Shown here: one piece after another, positions 27,982 through 42,294 of the stretch | Layout: each line of letters starts with the position of its first letter | Position numbering within the stretch: the stretch's first letter is position 1 | Origin: Octopus vulgaris | Lineage: Eukaryota | Assembly (NCBI GenBank): GCA_951406725.2 | Contig: OX597820.1 | Coordinates: 70,122,001 to 70,186,000, forward strand | DNA length: 64,000 bases | Direction of reading: 5' to 3' | The notes under the pieces: model-generated | The model's input: the letters and a program-made list of their open reading frames with translations, nothing else | Databases searched by the model: none | Told to the model about the DNA's origin: nothing | Position numbers and translations under genes: made by a program

Positions 27982-28929
27982 TATATATATATATGTTTAT
28001 ATATATATATATGTTTATATATATATATATGTTTATATATATATGTTTATATATATATATGTTTATATATATATATGTTTATATATATATGTATATATAT
28101 ATATATGCATATATATAATATATATATACATAACTGAAAAAGGCACAAGGAAGTGTGACATGCAGCCAAAGCCGGTGTCAGTGGTAAGGTCCACAATCCA
28201 CTCCAGTGCCAGTATAATAAGGCACGGAGACCCGAACTCGGGATTGCGGGGTACGAACCAAGTCATAGAAAGATATAATAAACAGAAGACATGTGATATT
28301 CAAAGCTTCGTAGGACATTCGCTCTTCTCAGAAAAATGTCGAAATAATTACAAAGCAAATAGATATTATGCAATCATGCATTTCATTTCGTCAGTGTCCA
28401 GCTATACTTCGGCATTTTGTAGAAGCGAGCGTATATCCTAAAACACTTGTTTTCTGCTCATTATTTGTTTACACACACACACACACACACACTCACAAAC
28501 ACACACACACACACATTCGTATAGTTATATATATACATACACATATGTGTATGTATATGTATGTGTGTGTATTTATAACTCGACTTCATCGAATTAGTTT
28601 ATAAAAGGCGCCAACAACATTTTTTATTAGTCAATTTAATATCATTGCCACTTTTCTGCTATATTCTTAATCATGTTAAGTCAATTTTTATATATTCCTT
28701 CAGCATCTACCAATTTAGATAAAATTGATACTTAAGTCATTATATGTTTTCACCAATAAATATTCATAAGTTTCTAAAAGAAATTTGTCATATAATGAGA
28801 ATAATGCAGTCATTTGTCTGTTGGCAAGAATTCAAGTCTCTTGATGTTTATATCAAATATTGTTTCTACATTTAACAAACTATAATATATCTTGTTAATT
28901 TAACAGAATTTCTAAAATTTTCAGAAAAT

Positions 28930-29021
28930 ATGAGCCAGTCAAATGAAGTGAATGAAATATTTCTGGGCACAAATTATCTATCATTAAAACCTAAATCGAC
29001 AAACGGGTTTATCAATAAAAG
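28930..29021 (+). CDS. bHLH-PAS (Met-like) gene, first coding exon (MSQSNEVNEIFLGTNYLSLKPKSTNGFINK+AG)
   Basis: Acceptor ttttcag ends at 28924; ATG at 28930; open frame to the strong donor AG|GTAAGA. The phase-2 end joins the bHLH exon to make Arg (AG+G). Confidence 0.7.
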
Positions 29022-30405
29022 GTAAGAAAATTCACATTTGGCTTCCACTCAATTTCTCTAGTCAAAACCAACACATCTATAAATCTACAATACAATTATT
29101 TAGCTTATATATGCTTGAGGAAATTTACCTCAAATAACAGCGCAACATTTTAAAATATGTGTAGGCACATTAATAAAAAACCAGCTTAGATAGATTTTAT
29201 CTGAAAATAAGATAGTGTGTTCACAGTTGGAGCATCTTTGACTATAAATCTGCTTCATAAGGGCTGACATAGAAGGATAAACAAAAACAAGTAAAATAAG
29301 ACAACAGAATAGATGATGCTCAGTTGCAAACAGGCTGAGGTCGGTGGCGTATATATATATATTTTTAAATATATAAATACAGAAGTTCATAAGCATGAAA
29401 GTTCAAATTAATTGCAAGCATCTTTGTTGTGTGTTTCGGCAATACTCTTCCTTCTAAATGACTTATTTCATTTAGTTACGTAGACCAGATTCCCAGTTTA
29501 CATGCAAGGTGGCGAGCTGGCAGAAACATTGGCACACCGGGCGAAATGCTTAGCGGTATTTCGTCTGCCGTTACGTGCTGAGTTCAAATTCCGCGTAAAG
29601 AAATATGTATTTCGTCTATCTTTATGTTCTGAGTTCAAGTTCCGCCGAGGTCGACTTTGTCTTTCATCCTTTCGGGGTCGATAAACTAAGTACCAGTTGT
29701 GTACTGGGTCAGGCTAATCGACTGGCCCCTCCCCAAATTTCGGGCCTTGTCCCTAGAGTAGAAAAGAATATTATATGCAATAACAAAGTCGGCGAACTGA
29801 CAGAGACGTTAGCACGCCGGGCAAAATGCTTAGCGGTATTTCGTCTGCGTTACGTTGTGAGTTCAAATTCCGTCGAGGTCGACTTTGCCTTTCATCCTTT
29901 CGTGGTCGATAAATTAAGTATCAGTTGCGTACTGGGATCGATCTAATCGAATAGCCCCCTCCGCAAAAATTTTGGGCCTTGTGCCTACAGTAGAAAAGAA
30001 TATCATATGAAATAACATAAGGTGAACCAGACAAATTGTTTGGTGGCGTTTCTTCGTGTTTTAGTTAATTACTTCGAATGCCGTCGCAGATGACTTTGCC
30101 TTCCATCCTTTCATGGTCAATAAAATAAACTACCTGGGGTCGTTGTAATGGACGTTCACACCATCACCACACCACAAAATTGTTGACCTTGTAACAAAAT
30201 TAGAAAGAAACATCATATGCGATATTCTGGAAATTTACTAACCAGAGACTTTTCCTTTTTTAGAATAGCGTTGTACCAAAATGAGGCAACGGCCCCGAGA
30301 AGCACTAAACTATTATTGAAATATGAAGAGAAAACGGAAACTTCGTGCAATACATGTGTGTGTGTGTGTGTGAGTGTGTGTATATATATATATATTGTAT
30401 ATACT

Positions 30406-30473
<68 letters not shown>

Positions 30474-30712
30474 GTATATACTCTTTTACTCTTTTACTTG
30501 TTACAGTCATTTGACTGCAGTCATGCTGGAGCACTACTTTTAGTCGAGCAAATCGACCCTAGGACTTATTCTTTGTAAACCTAGTACTTATTCTATCGGT
30601 CTCTTTTGCAGAACCGCTAAGCTACAGGGACGTAAACACACCAGCATCTGTTGTCAAGTGATGTTGAGGGGACAAACACAGACACACAACCCCGCCCCCA
30701 CACACACACTTA

Positions 30713-30790
<78 letters not shown>

Positions 30791-30942
30791 TACGACGGGC
30801 TTCTTTCAGTTTCCGTGTACCAAATCCACTCACAAGGCTTTGGTCGGCCAGAAGCTATAGTAGAAGACACTTGCCCAAGGTGCCACGCAGTGGGACTGAA
30901 CATAGAACCATGTGGTTGGTAAGCAAGCTACTTACCACGCAG

Positions 30943-31024
<82 letters not shown>

Positions 31025-31199
31025 TATATATATTGAATCATTATTTCTAATTTATCATGAAATAAAACTGGTAGAAGCGGGTTAAGTCATAGAGGCAAAA
31101 TCTTGACTTCAAATTTTGGCATGCTAACGATTCTGACAACTCGCCGCCTCAAAGATATAAAATATCAAAATAATAGAACAGTAGTAACTTCTAGTGAAG

Positions 31200-31680
31200 T
31201 TTAGTGAGATGACAATCCTAATGTTTTGGAACAAGTCTTCGTCTTCGAGAGGTAAATCAGGAGGTTGTTGTATCCTAGCATATGTACTGTTTCTTTTAGT
31301 TTTCGTATTTTCCAGTGGTTTTCTCTGTGTATTATTTTAACTTCATCCCACAGGTGGAGGTGGTCTTCATTTTTCCATGCATGATCAGCTGTACCCGATC
31401 TATCAATATCTCCTCGTGTCACAGCTTTGCGATGTTCCTTTTCTCTTATTTTGAGGGGGCGGCATGTTTCGCCTTTGTAGCTGCATGGGATGAAGAACAC
31501 GCAGTTTTTGGTCATATTCTTTTCTATTGGTGGTTTGACCCGAAGGAGATATTTGCGAAGTGTTGTATTACTCTTGAATATCTCCTTCGGATAAAACCAC
31601 AAATAGAAGAAAATGGAACCAAAAATTGCGTGTACTCCATCCCATACAGCTGTGGTAGGTTATACAAAGGCAAAACAGTT
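31200..31680 (-). mobile_element. Penelope-like GIY-YIG fragment with a head-to-head inversion
   Basis: Minus ORF (KNCVFFIPCSYKGETCRPL..EHRK..SGTADHAW..RKLKE). The same segment appears on the + strand from about 31575 (YLLRIKPQIEENGTKNCVYSIPYSCGRLYKGKT). Confidence 0.8.
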
Positions 31681-32474
31681 GAGGGTTACAGTCTGCTCGT
31701 GAAATAAACGAGCAAGTGACTGAGCACTCCACAGAAACGCGTACCCTTAATATGACACAGAATGTAACTAGGTTAGTCCTTTGAAATACAGGTAGCAACT
31801 TAAAATAAAATGTCTTGCTCAGAGACACTTCGTGCTGCCGGGAATCGATCTCAACCATATGATTGTGAGCCGAATACCCTACACACTAAGCCGGGCGCCT
31901 TCTCTTAGCGAATATAGGGTTAAGGTAGAAAAAGTGCGGGGTGTTTAGGGAGGGTTAAGGCAGAGTTGAAGAGTGAAGAGTTTTGCGTGCATAGGATTAA
32001 GACAGAGAATCAGTGAGAGAATATATTTTAGGTTAATGGAAGGAACGGGATGTTTTGGCTTGTGAAATAGAAAGGAGCCTTAGAAATTCATTGTCGTTTT
32101 TTATGTTGTTTTTGTTCTTTGGCGCCAAGTTAATACTTGTCTGAGAAAACAAAGCAAGTCCTTCTAAGCAAGAGTCATTTTTTAAACAAAATTACAAAAA
32201 TGGTTATATAAACTATAATTATAAACTATATGAAAATATAAAAAGTAATAATGTATTTAAAATAATATCAAATAAAGTACAGCGAAGGCATGGCTGTATG
32301 GCGAAGACCAAGTTGTTCTGCGTTCACTCCTACTGCACGGCACTTTGGTAAAATTGTGATCCACCAGCATGACTGCAGCCTCGAGTCAGAAGCATATAAA
32401 AGAATAAAAGAATATAGCTTAGGGCCGCGCAGTGGCTTGTGAATGAATTTGGTGGACGGAAACAGTATAAAAAG

Positions 32475-32517
<43 letters not shown>

Positions 32518-32657
32518 ACAGAAGGTTTACGAAAATAAACAAAAGACGAAGGCAGGTGGAGTACAAACAAATAATGTATTAGTATGGCGCTCAAGCACAT
32601 AAATGTGAAACAAGTTGGAAAAATAGTACTCGAATACCGGAGGTATATGCTTTATTA

Positions 32658-33725
32658 TTAGGTTGTTCCGAAAATAATGGTCGCTCTAAGTGTTGTGCTT
32701 TAAAGCGCAATTTTATCATAGTATTTTAATTATATTTTAGGTAAATTTTGACATACTTAATTATTGATGTATGCTCTTTAATAATTTTCTACTTATTTCA
32801 GACAGGGAACATTCTTGAAGCATAGGCGCCCTTAATTGTGAACATGACAAAAAAGGACCTTTAGTTACTTTTCCTTCATGAGTTCAAGCTTGGGTACAGT
32901 GCCTCTCAAGCTGCTGCCAATATCAACAGAGCATGGGGAGAGGAGTCCACCAATGATTGCACAGTGCGAAGGTGGTTTCAGAAATTCCGTAGTGGTGATG
33001 ATAACCTTGAAGATGAAGAAGGTAGAGGACGGTCATGCTGTCTTGACAATGAACAATTGAAAGCAATTGTTGAACAAAACACACGCCAAAGTGTCAGAGA
33101 AATGTCTTGGGCACTTGATGTCGGTATTACAATGGCCTCACGCAATCTACAGAAGATTGGTAAGGTGAAAAAGCTCATGGTTACCGTATGAGCTCAATGA
33201 AAATCAAAAACGTTCGGTGTTATGAAGTGTGCTTGATCCTCTTTCTTCGAAACACCAATGATCCCTTTTTTTGACCGAATAGTCACTTGTGATGAAAAGT
33301 GGATCCCTTATGATAACTGTAAACGATCAGGTCGATGGCTTGATCGTGATGAGTTCCCCAAACATTTCCCAAAGCCAATGTTGCATCAGCAAAATATTAT
33401 GGTGACTGTCTGGTGGTCTGCAATTGGTGTTGTCCATTACAGCTTTCTGAAAGGCACTTAGAGCATTACAGCAGAGGTCTACTGCAATCAACTCGCTGAA
33501 ATGCATGCTCACTTATAAAAAATGAGACCTGCATTTGCGAATCGGCGTGGCCCGATTCTGTTCCACGATAGTGTCAAGCCACGTGTTGCAAAAATGGCAC
33601 TGCAGAAACTCACAGACTTGGAATACGAGATTTTACCACACCCACCATATTCTCCTGATCTTTCACCCACTAACTACCATTGTTTGAAGCATTTAAACGC
33701 GTTTTTAAGTGATAAAACTTTAAGG
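32658..33725 (+). mobile_element. Mariner (DD34D) transposase pseudogene, 3' truncated
   Basis: 5' TIR TA|TTAGGTTGTTCC. Fragments in several frames: VRRWFQKFRSGD.NLEDEE.RGR, WLPYEL-like, DRIVTCDEKWI.YDN, MVTVWW, ILFHDS, LPHPPYSPDLSPTNYH. Multiple stops and frameshifts. Confidence 0.92.
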
Positions 33726-34029
33726 TCCACACCTGTGTTTGGCGCCACATTACTTGACAACCAGTGCTGGTGTGTTTACGTCCCTGTAACTTAACGGTTC
33801 GGCAGAAGGGGCCGATATAATAAGTACCAGACTTAAAAGTAACAAGTGGAGTCGATCTGTTCGACTAAATCCTTGAATGGAGAGCCCCAGCATGGATGCA
33901 TTCCAATGACTGAAGCAAGTAAAAGATGAAAGACATACATAAAGTTTCATAGTAATGTATGAAATTCGCCATGCTTGACCACTAAATCTACAAATTTTTT
34001 AATTATTTCTCTGCTTAGTTCTCTTATTC

Positions 34030-34065
34030 CTTTCTGTTGAAGAGCATAGGCTCGAAACGTAAAAG
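34030..34065 (+). ncRNA. Minimal hammerhead-ribozyme-like motif (A6U core variant) in a PLE-pLTR-like repeat
   Basis: CTTT-CTGTTGA-A-GAGC-ATAG-GCTC-GAAA-CGT-A-AAAG. Sister copies at 24514-24549(+), 47435-47470(+), 56648-56683(-), and degenerate at 5615-5651. Confidence 0.6.
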
Positions 34066-34407
34066 ACATTCATTTTCTTGAGCGTCAAACTAATACACCT
34101 GCGTCTTGTTCATACACCTGTCTCCGTCTTTTGTCTTTCCATAAATTTCAACTATAAAATGGGTACCAATATTTCTGTGTCATTATTTTTAATATATGTC
34201 ATTATATTTTAATGTACAGAGTCTCATCTACGACAGAAAATATTAAGATAATTGAATAATTGCTAAGTGTATCAGTTTTCTGGGTTAAAATATTATTTAG
34301 GTCAACTTATGTTTCCATTTAAAACATGTAATATAAAAATACTGACCCTATCCAATTGTTATATAAACTACTTCAAAAACATAATTTTGTTTAATTTTCT
34401 TTTGCAG

Positions 34408-34565
34408 GTCATGGCGTAATTACAGCGAGAAGTTACGCCGAGATAAACTAAATTGTTATTTTGAGGAACTTGCTAAATGCGTCCCTCTTGTAGCGAATTC
34501 TCCACAACGCCTGAACAAGACTAGTATATTGCGACTATCGTTAAGCTATTTAAAATTTCTTCTTG
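34408..34565 (+). CDS. bHLH-PAS (Met-like) gene, bHLH exon (RSWRNYSEKLRRDKLNCYFEELAKCVPLVANSPQRLNKTSILRLSLSYLKFLL)
   Basis: Acceptor ttttcttttgcag and donor G|GTACGT. Translation is a complete bHLH of the bHLH-PAS class, with the Met/Gce-like signature RN..EK.RRDKLN...ELA..VP.VA.S..RL.KTSILRL. Confidence 0.92.
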
Positions 34566-35268
34566 GTACGTTAATCAAGTCTGGTTTCGTTTAAAATTTT
34601 ACTATTTCTAAATGACAAAAAGGCATTTGACATAAAAACAAAATTGAGCGATTTTTCAGTAGTAAAATTTACAAAAGATTGATAGAATAGTTATTTTTGT
34701 AGAAACTGATAGATACATGCAAACATTCTATGAAACACTTTGGATGTTTGTTATTTTCTCGCTACGTTCGGAATGAGTGATTGTATATCAACACAAAAGT
34801 AAAACTTACAATTGCAAAAAGTAAAACGCTGAATTTAATGCAATCTACTAAATACGACAGGATAACTGCTGCTATTCTTTCTTTATTTATGGCTATATAT
34901 TAACAAGTCACCAAGAATCCAAGGCTCCATCTGTACAAAAGAATAAAAGTCAAGTTAGGAACGGTATATCCAATGTAGTGCGAAAAATATATGATTAATT
35001 AATATTATTTATGCAGTGATGAAAAGGTATGAATGATTAATATAAATTTAATCTGAACTTATTGCTAATCTGATGATTAGTGAGAAGACTATATATTTCT
35101 AAAGTTGTCTACAGAGGCTAAAACACGTTCGAAGTTGTCGCCCGTTATTATCAAAACCAGATTATACATTTTTCATTGAATTTGTGGTTTCGTCTTTTCA
35201 TTACCTAAATATACTAATTAGCCAATTAATCAATTACATATTTGTCCTCTCTACATTAATATCCATCC

Positions 35269-35338
<70 letters not shown>

Positions 35339-35347
35339 ATATATATA

Positions 35348-35384
<37 letters not shown>

Positions 35385-35499
35385 GTCTGTCTGTCTGTCT
35401 GTCTGCCTGTCTGTCTGTTTGTCTGTCTCTCTTTCTGACTGACTATCTATCTGTCTGTCTGTCTATCCATCTTTCTCTCTATGTATCTATCTATTTTCC

Positions 35500-35580
<81 letters not shown>

Positions 35581-36048
35581 GCTATCTGTCTCTCTGTCTT
35601 TGTCTGTCTGTCTGTCTCCCTCTCTGTCTCTCTCTCTCTATGTGCCTGTGGATGCATTATATATATTTCATATGTACATGAATGTCTACGTGTATCTACG
35701 TTGTAATGTACGTGTAATCGTTCTCGTTTTAATTTAGTGTTAATTTTGATTCTGTAGTGTGTGAATCAAGGAATCGCTTTCTCTCTCCAAGAACCTATAT
35801 TCAGCTATACTTTGCTCCAGACAGATTTGTTCGTATCCTATTGCTCCAATAATAATAGGAATGATGAGAAAAGTGTATGTTGGGTACTAGATTTGCAAAG
35901 CCTTATCATAGATGTTCTCTTTCTCATGTGTTTTTCTTCCCACATTAATGTCTAGAGGGCTGCTCCACAACAGAACGGGCATATGGTGTACTGGTTAAGA
36001 GCGCAGACTACTAGCCTCAAGATTCCGAGTTCGATTCCAGGCAGTGAT

Positions 36049-36125
<77 letters not shown>

Positions 36126-36196
36126 CAACAACAACAACAACAACAACTTCTAAAAATACCTTAGAAATGAGAACCCAGGTTCGAAATTTCCCTAAG

Positions 36197-36240
36197 ACAC
36201 CTGATGAAGTCTGGAGGGTATATCAGCCGAAACGTTGTGT
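36197..36240 (+). ncRNA. Minimal type I hammerhead-ribozyme motif in a PLE pLTR
   Basis: ACAC-CTGATGA-A-GTCTG-loop-CAGCC-GAAA-CGT-T-GTGT: canonical CUGAUGA/GAAA core, stem I ACAC/GTGT, palindromic ACGT stem III, one mismatch in stem II. Confidence 0.7.
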
Positions 36241-36509
36241 TAACAACAAGATGAGGACAAATATCTGTTAATTATAAATAATAATAATAATGTACATAAT
36301 TCAGCATCTCTTAAATATAGAACTGAATTATTTACTTGTAGTCTCACACAACAATATCTAGCAGGCTGTGTTTTAACTTGGTAGGTTCGATACGGTAAAA
36401 TTTATGAAACCAAAACCGTACCACTTCATGTACTCAAAGACACACAGAGCTATGCCCCTTAGTGCAATGAAAAAACGCAGTATGAATAAGGCATTTGAAT
36501 AACAATGAA

Positions 36510-36544
<35 letters not shown>

Positions 36545-36704
36545 CAATGTCTTCAGATTTTGGCACAAGGCCACTAATTCCTGGGAAGAAGTAAATCGAT
36601 TATATCAACCCCAGTACTTAACTGGTACCCCAAAAGGATGAAAGGCAACGTCGAGTTCTAATTCAGCCGAGGTCTGCCAGCTCACCGCCTTGATGATGAT
36701 AATC

Positions 36705-36811
<107 letters not shown>

Positions 36812-37615
36812 AAGAAGAAGAAGAAGAAGAAATATATGGTTACAATGCCAGTGATTGTAAGGGCACTTAGAATGACCAAAAACTGCTGATAAATGGTACT
36901 AGCACCACCCCGAGGCTGTAACTGAAGGAGAAAATGCAACGATTCTTTGGGACTTCCCAGTATGTACTAGTCTGTGGATGTCTGAACCAGCATTGGGAAG
37001 CTGATGACCTCCCCTGTTCGAAGGTTGTAATGGACATAGGTTTGTGTGTCATCAGCTTACCATGCTGGTTCAGACATCCACATACTAGTTTCAGGGTATT
37101 TGCCCTTTATCAATGTGGAATAGTCGAACCCAGCAGGTTATTTAATTGTAATATGCTTAATGTGTGACAGGTTCTGGCGCACAATCATTTATAAAAAGGC
37201 TGAAAATAAACCATTGGACAACTTCTCTTTCTATCGAAAGTGTTGGCCCGATCTACCAGAATTCCAATTCACTTAAAATTCTTTTCTAAGGCACAAATTT
37301 ATGATTTTGCTTTTTTACTCACGGATCAAACGTATTTGTGCTACACATAATATTCCAACTGTTTTCCAACAAAAGTTTTTAGCACCTCCATAAAATCTCC
37401 TCTCCTTACCCCACGTAGTTTTAAGGCCGCGAAGTGGTAGACTTTTCGGAGTCGTTCAATAATGTAACCAGCCTAGTACTGAGTTGGGAAGAGTCGATGT
37501 GATCGCCTTGCTACCTTCCCTCAAAATTTCTAGCCTTGTACTAGAATTAGAAAGCATTATTACTTTAAAATAAATACAAAAGAGATGAAACATGGATCTG
37601 CAATTGGATTATGAT

Positions 37616-37707
<92 letters not shown>

Positions 37708-37719
37708 TTATAATTATTA

Positions 37720-38121
<402 letters not shown>

Positions 38122-39288
38122 GAAATAAGCATGAGATAGGTTTGATTACCTCCACGAGCAAAGAAGAATGAGTGAATTAATCGTAGAATGAATGTAAATA
38201 CAAAAATATCAGCAATAACTTCAAAAGTAGCATATGCCTTTTCTCAAGATAGAGCTGAAAAACAGATAACAGGAAAGAAAAAAGAAATATCCGTGTGTAG
38301 TTATCAGCGAGTTGTTATAAAAGTGGAAATAGGAAGAGAGTAAGTATGTGATTTCTGAGGTGGTGAGATTAGAGTCAATCGCACAAAATACAAAAAAAAA
38401 AAGAAAAAATGAACGAAAAGTAAGCATGCAGCATCGGTGCACATGTTGGCCAATGTGTGAATACAGTCTATGATAATGCACATACCAAAATTCTAGATTG
38501 CATCCAAAATAAAATGCTATCTCACTAATCGGTAACACTTAATAAAATGGTCTGACATTTGACCAACATAAGGGCTGTCCCCCAACTAATGTCTCATCTA
38601 CCGGCACCATACTGACCCTCTGCTCGTTGAGTGGGACTTTGCCACTCGACTCACTCGTACTTCCCCTCTACTCATTTACTTTGCTTCCCCGCCACACACT
38701 AATCAATATAACCAGATCTTTCTTCTCGGTTTACTAACCCTCTAGAATTCTCTCCCTGTCCAGGTTCTTTTCTTTCTGCTGTCGCCAAATTACAGTTGTT
38801 CAAAGAGAATACTAGTTACATAGATTAATATCTGGTCTCGGGTAGCATGTAAATGTCAGAGGGTGCAGTCCCTTTCCCTAATTATCTTTTATTGTTTATT
38901 GTTAAAGTCATTGAGTTGCGGCTGTGCTGGGTGTGGGGGGGCTCCTTGAAGGGTTTAGTCGACCACAATGCATATCTTTAAAATCTGGTTCTTATTCAAT
39001 CGTTCTATTCTTTTTTTCTTGAACCTCTAAGTTACAGGGACGAAAATGAACTAACACCGGTTGCCAAGCGGTAGTAGGGACAAACACAGACACACAAACA
39101 TATACACACCCATATATATATACGACGGGCTTCTTTCAGTTTCCATCTTACAAATCCACTCAAGGCTTTGGTCGACCCGAGGCTACAGTAGAACACACTT
39201 GCCGAAAGTGCCACGCAGTGGGACTGAACCCGGAACAATGTGGTTGGTAACCAAGGTACTTATCACACAGCCACTCGTACGGCTATAC

Positions 39289-39376
<88 letters not shown>

Positions 39377-39727
39377 CATACCAAGGGCTTCCGCAGATTT
39401 TCTATCAACCATATTCACTCATAATGCATTGGTGGGCCCGGGGCTATAATAAAAAGAAAAATACACTTGCCCAAGTTGCCGTGCAATGGGATTAAAACTG
39501 AGACAACGTGGTCGCCAAACGGATTTCTTAACTACACAACCAGCGCCTATGCTTAAGACCAACCCACTAAAGAAAAACGATTATGATAATTTAGTCCCAG
39601 CAACAAGAATGCTAATTGATCTGACCTTGAAAATAACAGATTAACAATGAATGATACAAAATCTCACTTACTATACTAAATTTTGCGTAAATTCTTTTCT
39701 GTTTTTTTTTTCTTTATTTTTATATAG

Positions 39728-39801
39728 GTTTGAAAAGAAAAGGTTTATTACCTAAAGAGAAATGTAAAACTGAACTGTTACAGCCTGGTAATGTAGAAGA
39801 G
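39728..39801 (+). CDS. bHLH-PAS (Met-like) gene, linker exon (G LKRKGLLPKEKCKTELLQPGNVEE)
   Basis: Long polypyrimidine tract plus tatag acceptor; donor GAG|GTAACT. Phase 1 in and phase 0 out fit both neighbouring exons. Confidence 0.8.
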
Positions 39802-40496
39802 GTAACTTGGTTTTATAATTTTCGTTAAAACCTTAGCATTTTACAGATCGTGAGCAATAATTTTGATAAATTTACATTTAGTCATGTTGTGAGTAAAGAG
39901 GTTAAAAAAATCAACAAGTACTCCGAATTGAAAGTGGAAATAGCACGACCGTATGGAATGAGAGAGGGTAATGTAAAAGTGATGCCAGTTGTGATTGGAG
40001 CGTTGGGCTCAATCCCATTGAAACTTCAAGACTAGTTAAGGCAATTGGAAGTCCCATGCAACATTGATGTCTTGCAAAAAGCAGCCTTATTGGGCACAGC
40101 GCACATCTTAAGGAACGTATTATCTGTCTGAGGCCCTTGTAACTTGACAGATGACTAAAGACTCCGCTGCATTTTTACCTATACTTTGTTACGAAGGAAT
40201 ATTAATAATAACAATAGTTTCAAATTTTGCCGCAAGAGCAGTCATTTTGGGGGAAGGGATGTGTCGATTATATCGACCCCAGTGCTCAACTGGTACTTAA
40301 TCTATCAACCCTGAAAGGATGAAAGGCAAAGTCGACCTCAGCGGAATTTGAACTTAGAACGTAGCGACGGGCGAAGCACCACTAAGCATTTCGACCAGTG
40401 CGCTAACAATACTGCTAGCTCACCGCCTGTAATAATAATAACAACAACAACAACAAAAACAACAACAACAACAACAACAACAATAATAATAAATCC

Positions 40497-40656
40497 CAAA
40501 ATCTAATCAGTTCGTGCCAGGCACGAGGTCAAACATCCCTGAAGGTTTCATCCGAATCCATCCAGCGGTTCTTGAGATACTTGTCCACGGACAAACAAAC
40601 AAACAAACAAACAAACACGACTGAAAACAATGCCTCTGCCTTAGCTAAGGCGGATA
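40497..40656 (+). mobile_element. Helentron-associated (HINE/DINE-1-like) non-autonomous fragment
   Basis: AAGGTTTCATCCGAATCCATCCAGCGGTTCTTGAGATA, (CAAA)n, then the terminal palindrome TCTGCCTTAGCTAAGGCGGA. Confidence 0.5.
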
Positions 40657-40666
40657 TACAATAATG

Positions 40667-40752
<86 letters not shown>

Positions 40753-40814
40753 GTCTTTCTGACCTCGCTTCCCTCGAGTGTAGACGGCTTTCCTGTGTCT
40801 CTCTCTGCCGTTCT

Positions 40815-41149
<335 letters not shown>

Positions 41150-41458
41150 TAATAATAATAATAATAATATTGAAATATTGAAGATGATACCAGACTTACC
41201 ATCCCTACAGGAAATGCAAAAATCGTGTTAACTGGAACGACTCATGTACTGAGAAGAGCATTATCGCTGTGAAAACAACATCAATTCATGATTTTATTTA
41301 TCTATTAATTTTTTTAAATACATAGTTTACCTGTAAATTTGCATGTGTAATCTGGGAATGTACACAATGAGTTTCTGTGTCGTAGGTGTACGGAAAACAC
41401 TCGGCGAAAAATGAAAGAAAATTTGAAGAAGGAAAAAAATAATAATAACAATAATAAC

Positions 41459-41519
<61 letters not shown>

Positions 41520-41523
<4 letters not shown>

Positions 41524-42118
41524 AGGAATATATTCACAGACATGACAGAGTTGGAACCTACAAACATTGTAAGCTATGCCAACATTATGGAATAACAACA
41601 GAAAAAAGATGGTATAGGCACACACCAGAAAAGGTCACAGAAAACGAGAAAGCAACCATACTCTGGGATATGCCGATACACACAGATAGAGAAATTAAGG
41701 CCAACAGACCAGATATAGTTGTCAGAGATCATGAAGAAAAAAATGCTTTCTAATTGATGTATCAATACCGGCAGATGACAACGTGTCTCTAAAAGAAATG
41801 GAGAAACTCTCAAAATACAAAGACCTGGAAATAGAGGTAACTAGAATGTGGAATCTGAAAACAGAAACAATTCCTATCATAGTAGGTGCATTAGGCATGA
41901 TAAAAAAATATTCAGACAAGTGCATAACAAAAACACCAGGACTTACAACATATAACACACAGAAAATTGCACTACTAGGCACTGCACACATCCTACGCAG
42001 AACACTTTCCATACAATAACCATCAGAGCATCACAACAAATCACAGCACATACCTAAGGCACACAGAGCTGCGCTCGTAGTGAAGTGAAAGCACGCTATA
42101 AAAATAAAACTACTGAAT
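41520..42118 (+). mobile_element. 5'-truncated R4/Dong-like LINE (restriction-like endonuclease domain)
   Basis: YIHRHDRVG..ILWDMPIHTDREIKANRPDIVV..LIDVSIP..EKLSKYKDL..PIIVGALG (RHD, RPD and D-x-K motifs of the RLE); flanked by (AAT)n on both sides. Confidence 0.9.
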
Positions 42119-42256
42119 AATAATAATAATAATAATAGCCATGCACAAGGTAGAACCAATAATTATAAAATGTATAAGACACTATGAATAAATGGCAAAC
42201 AGTGCTACAGCTCCAAACAAAAGAGGTTTCTGGTTTCCTTTTCTTCTACCTTACTG

Positions 42257-42294
<38 letters not shown>

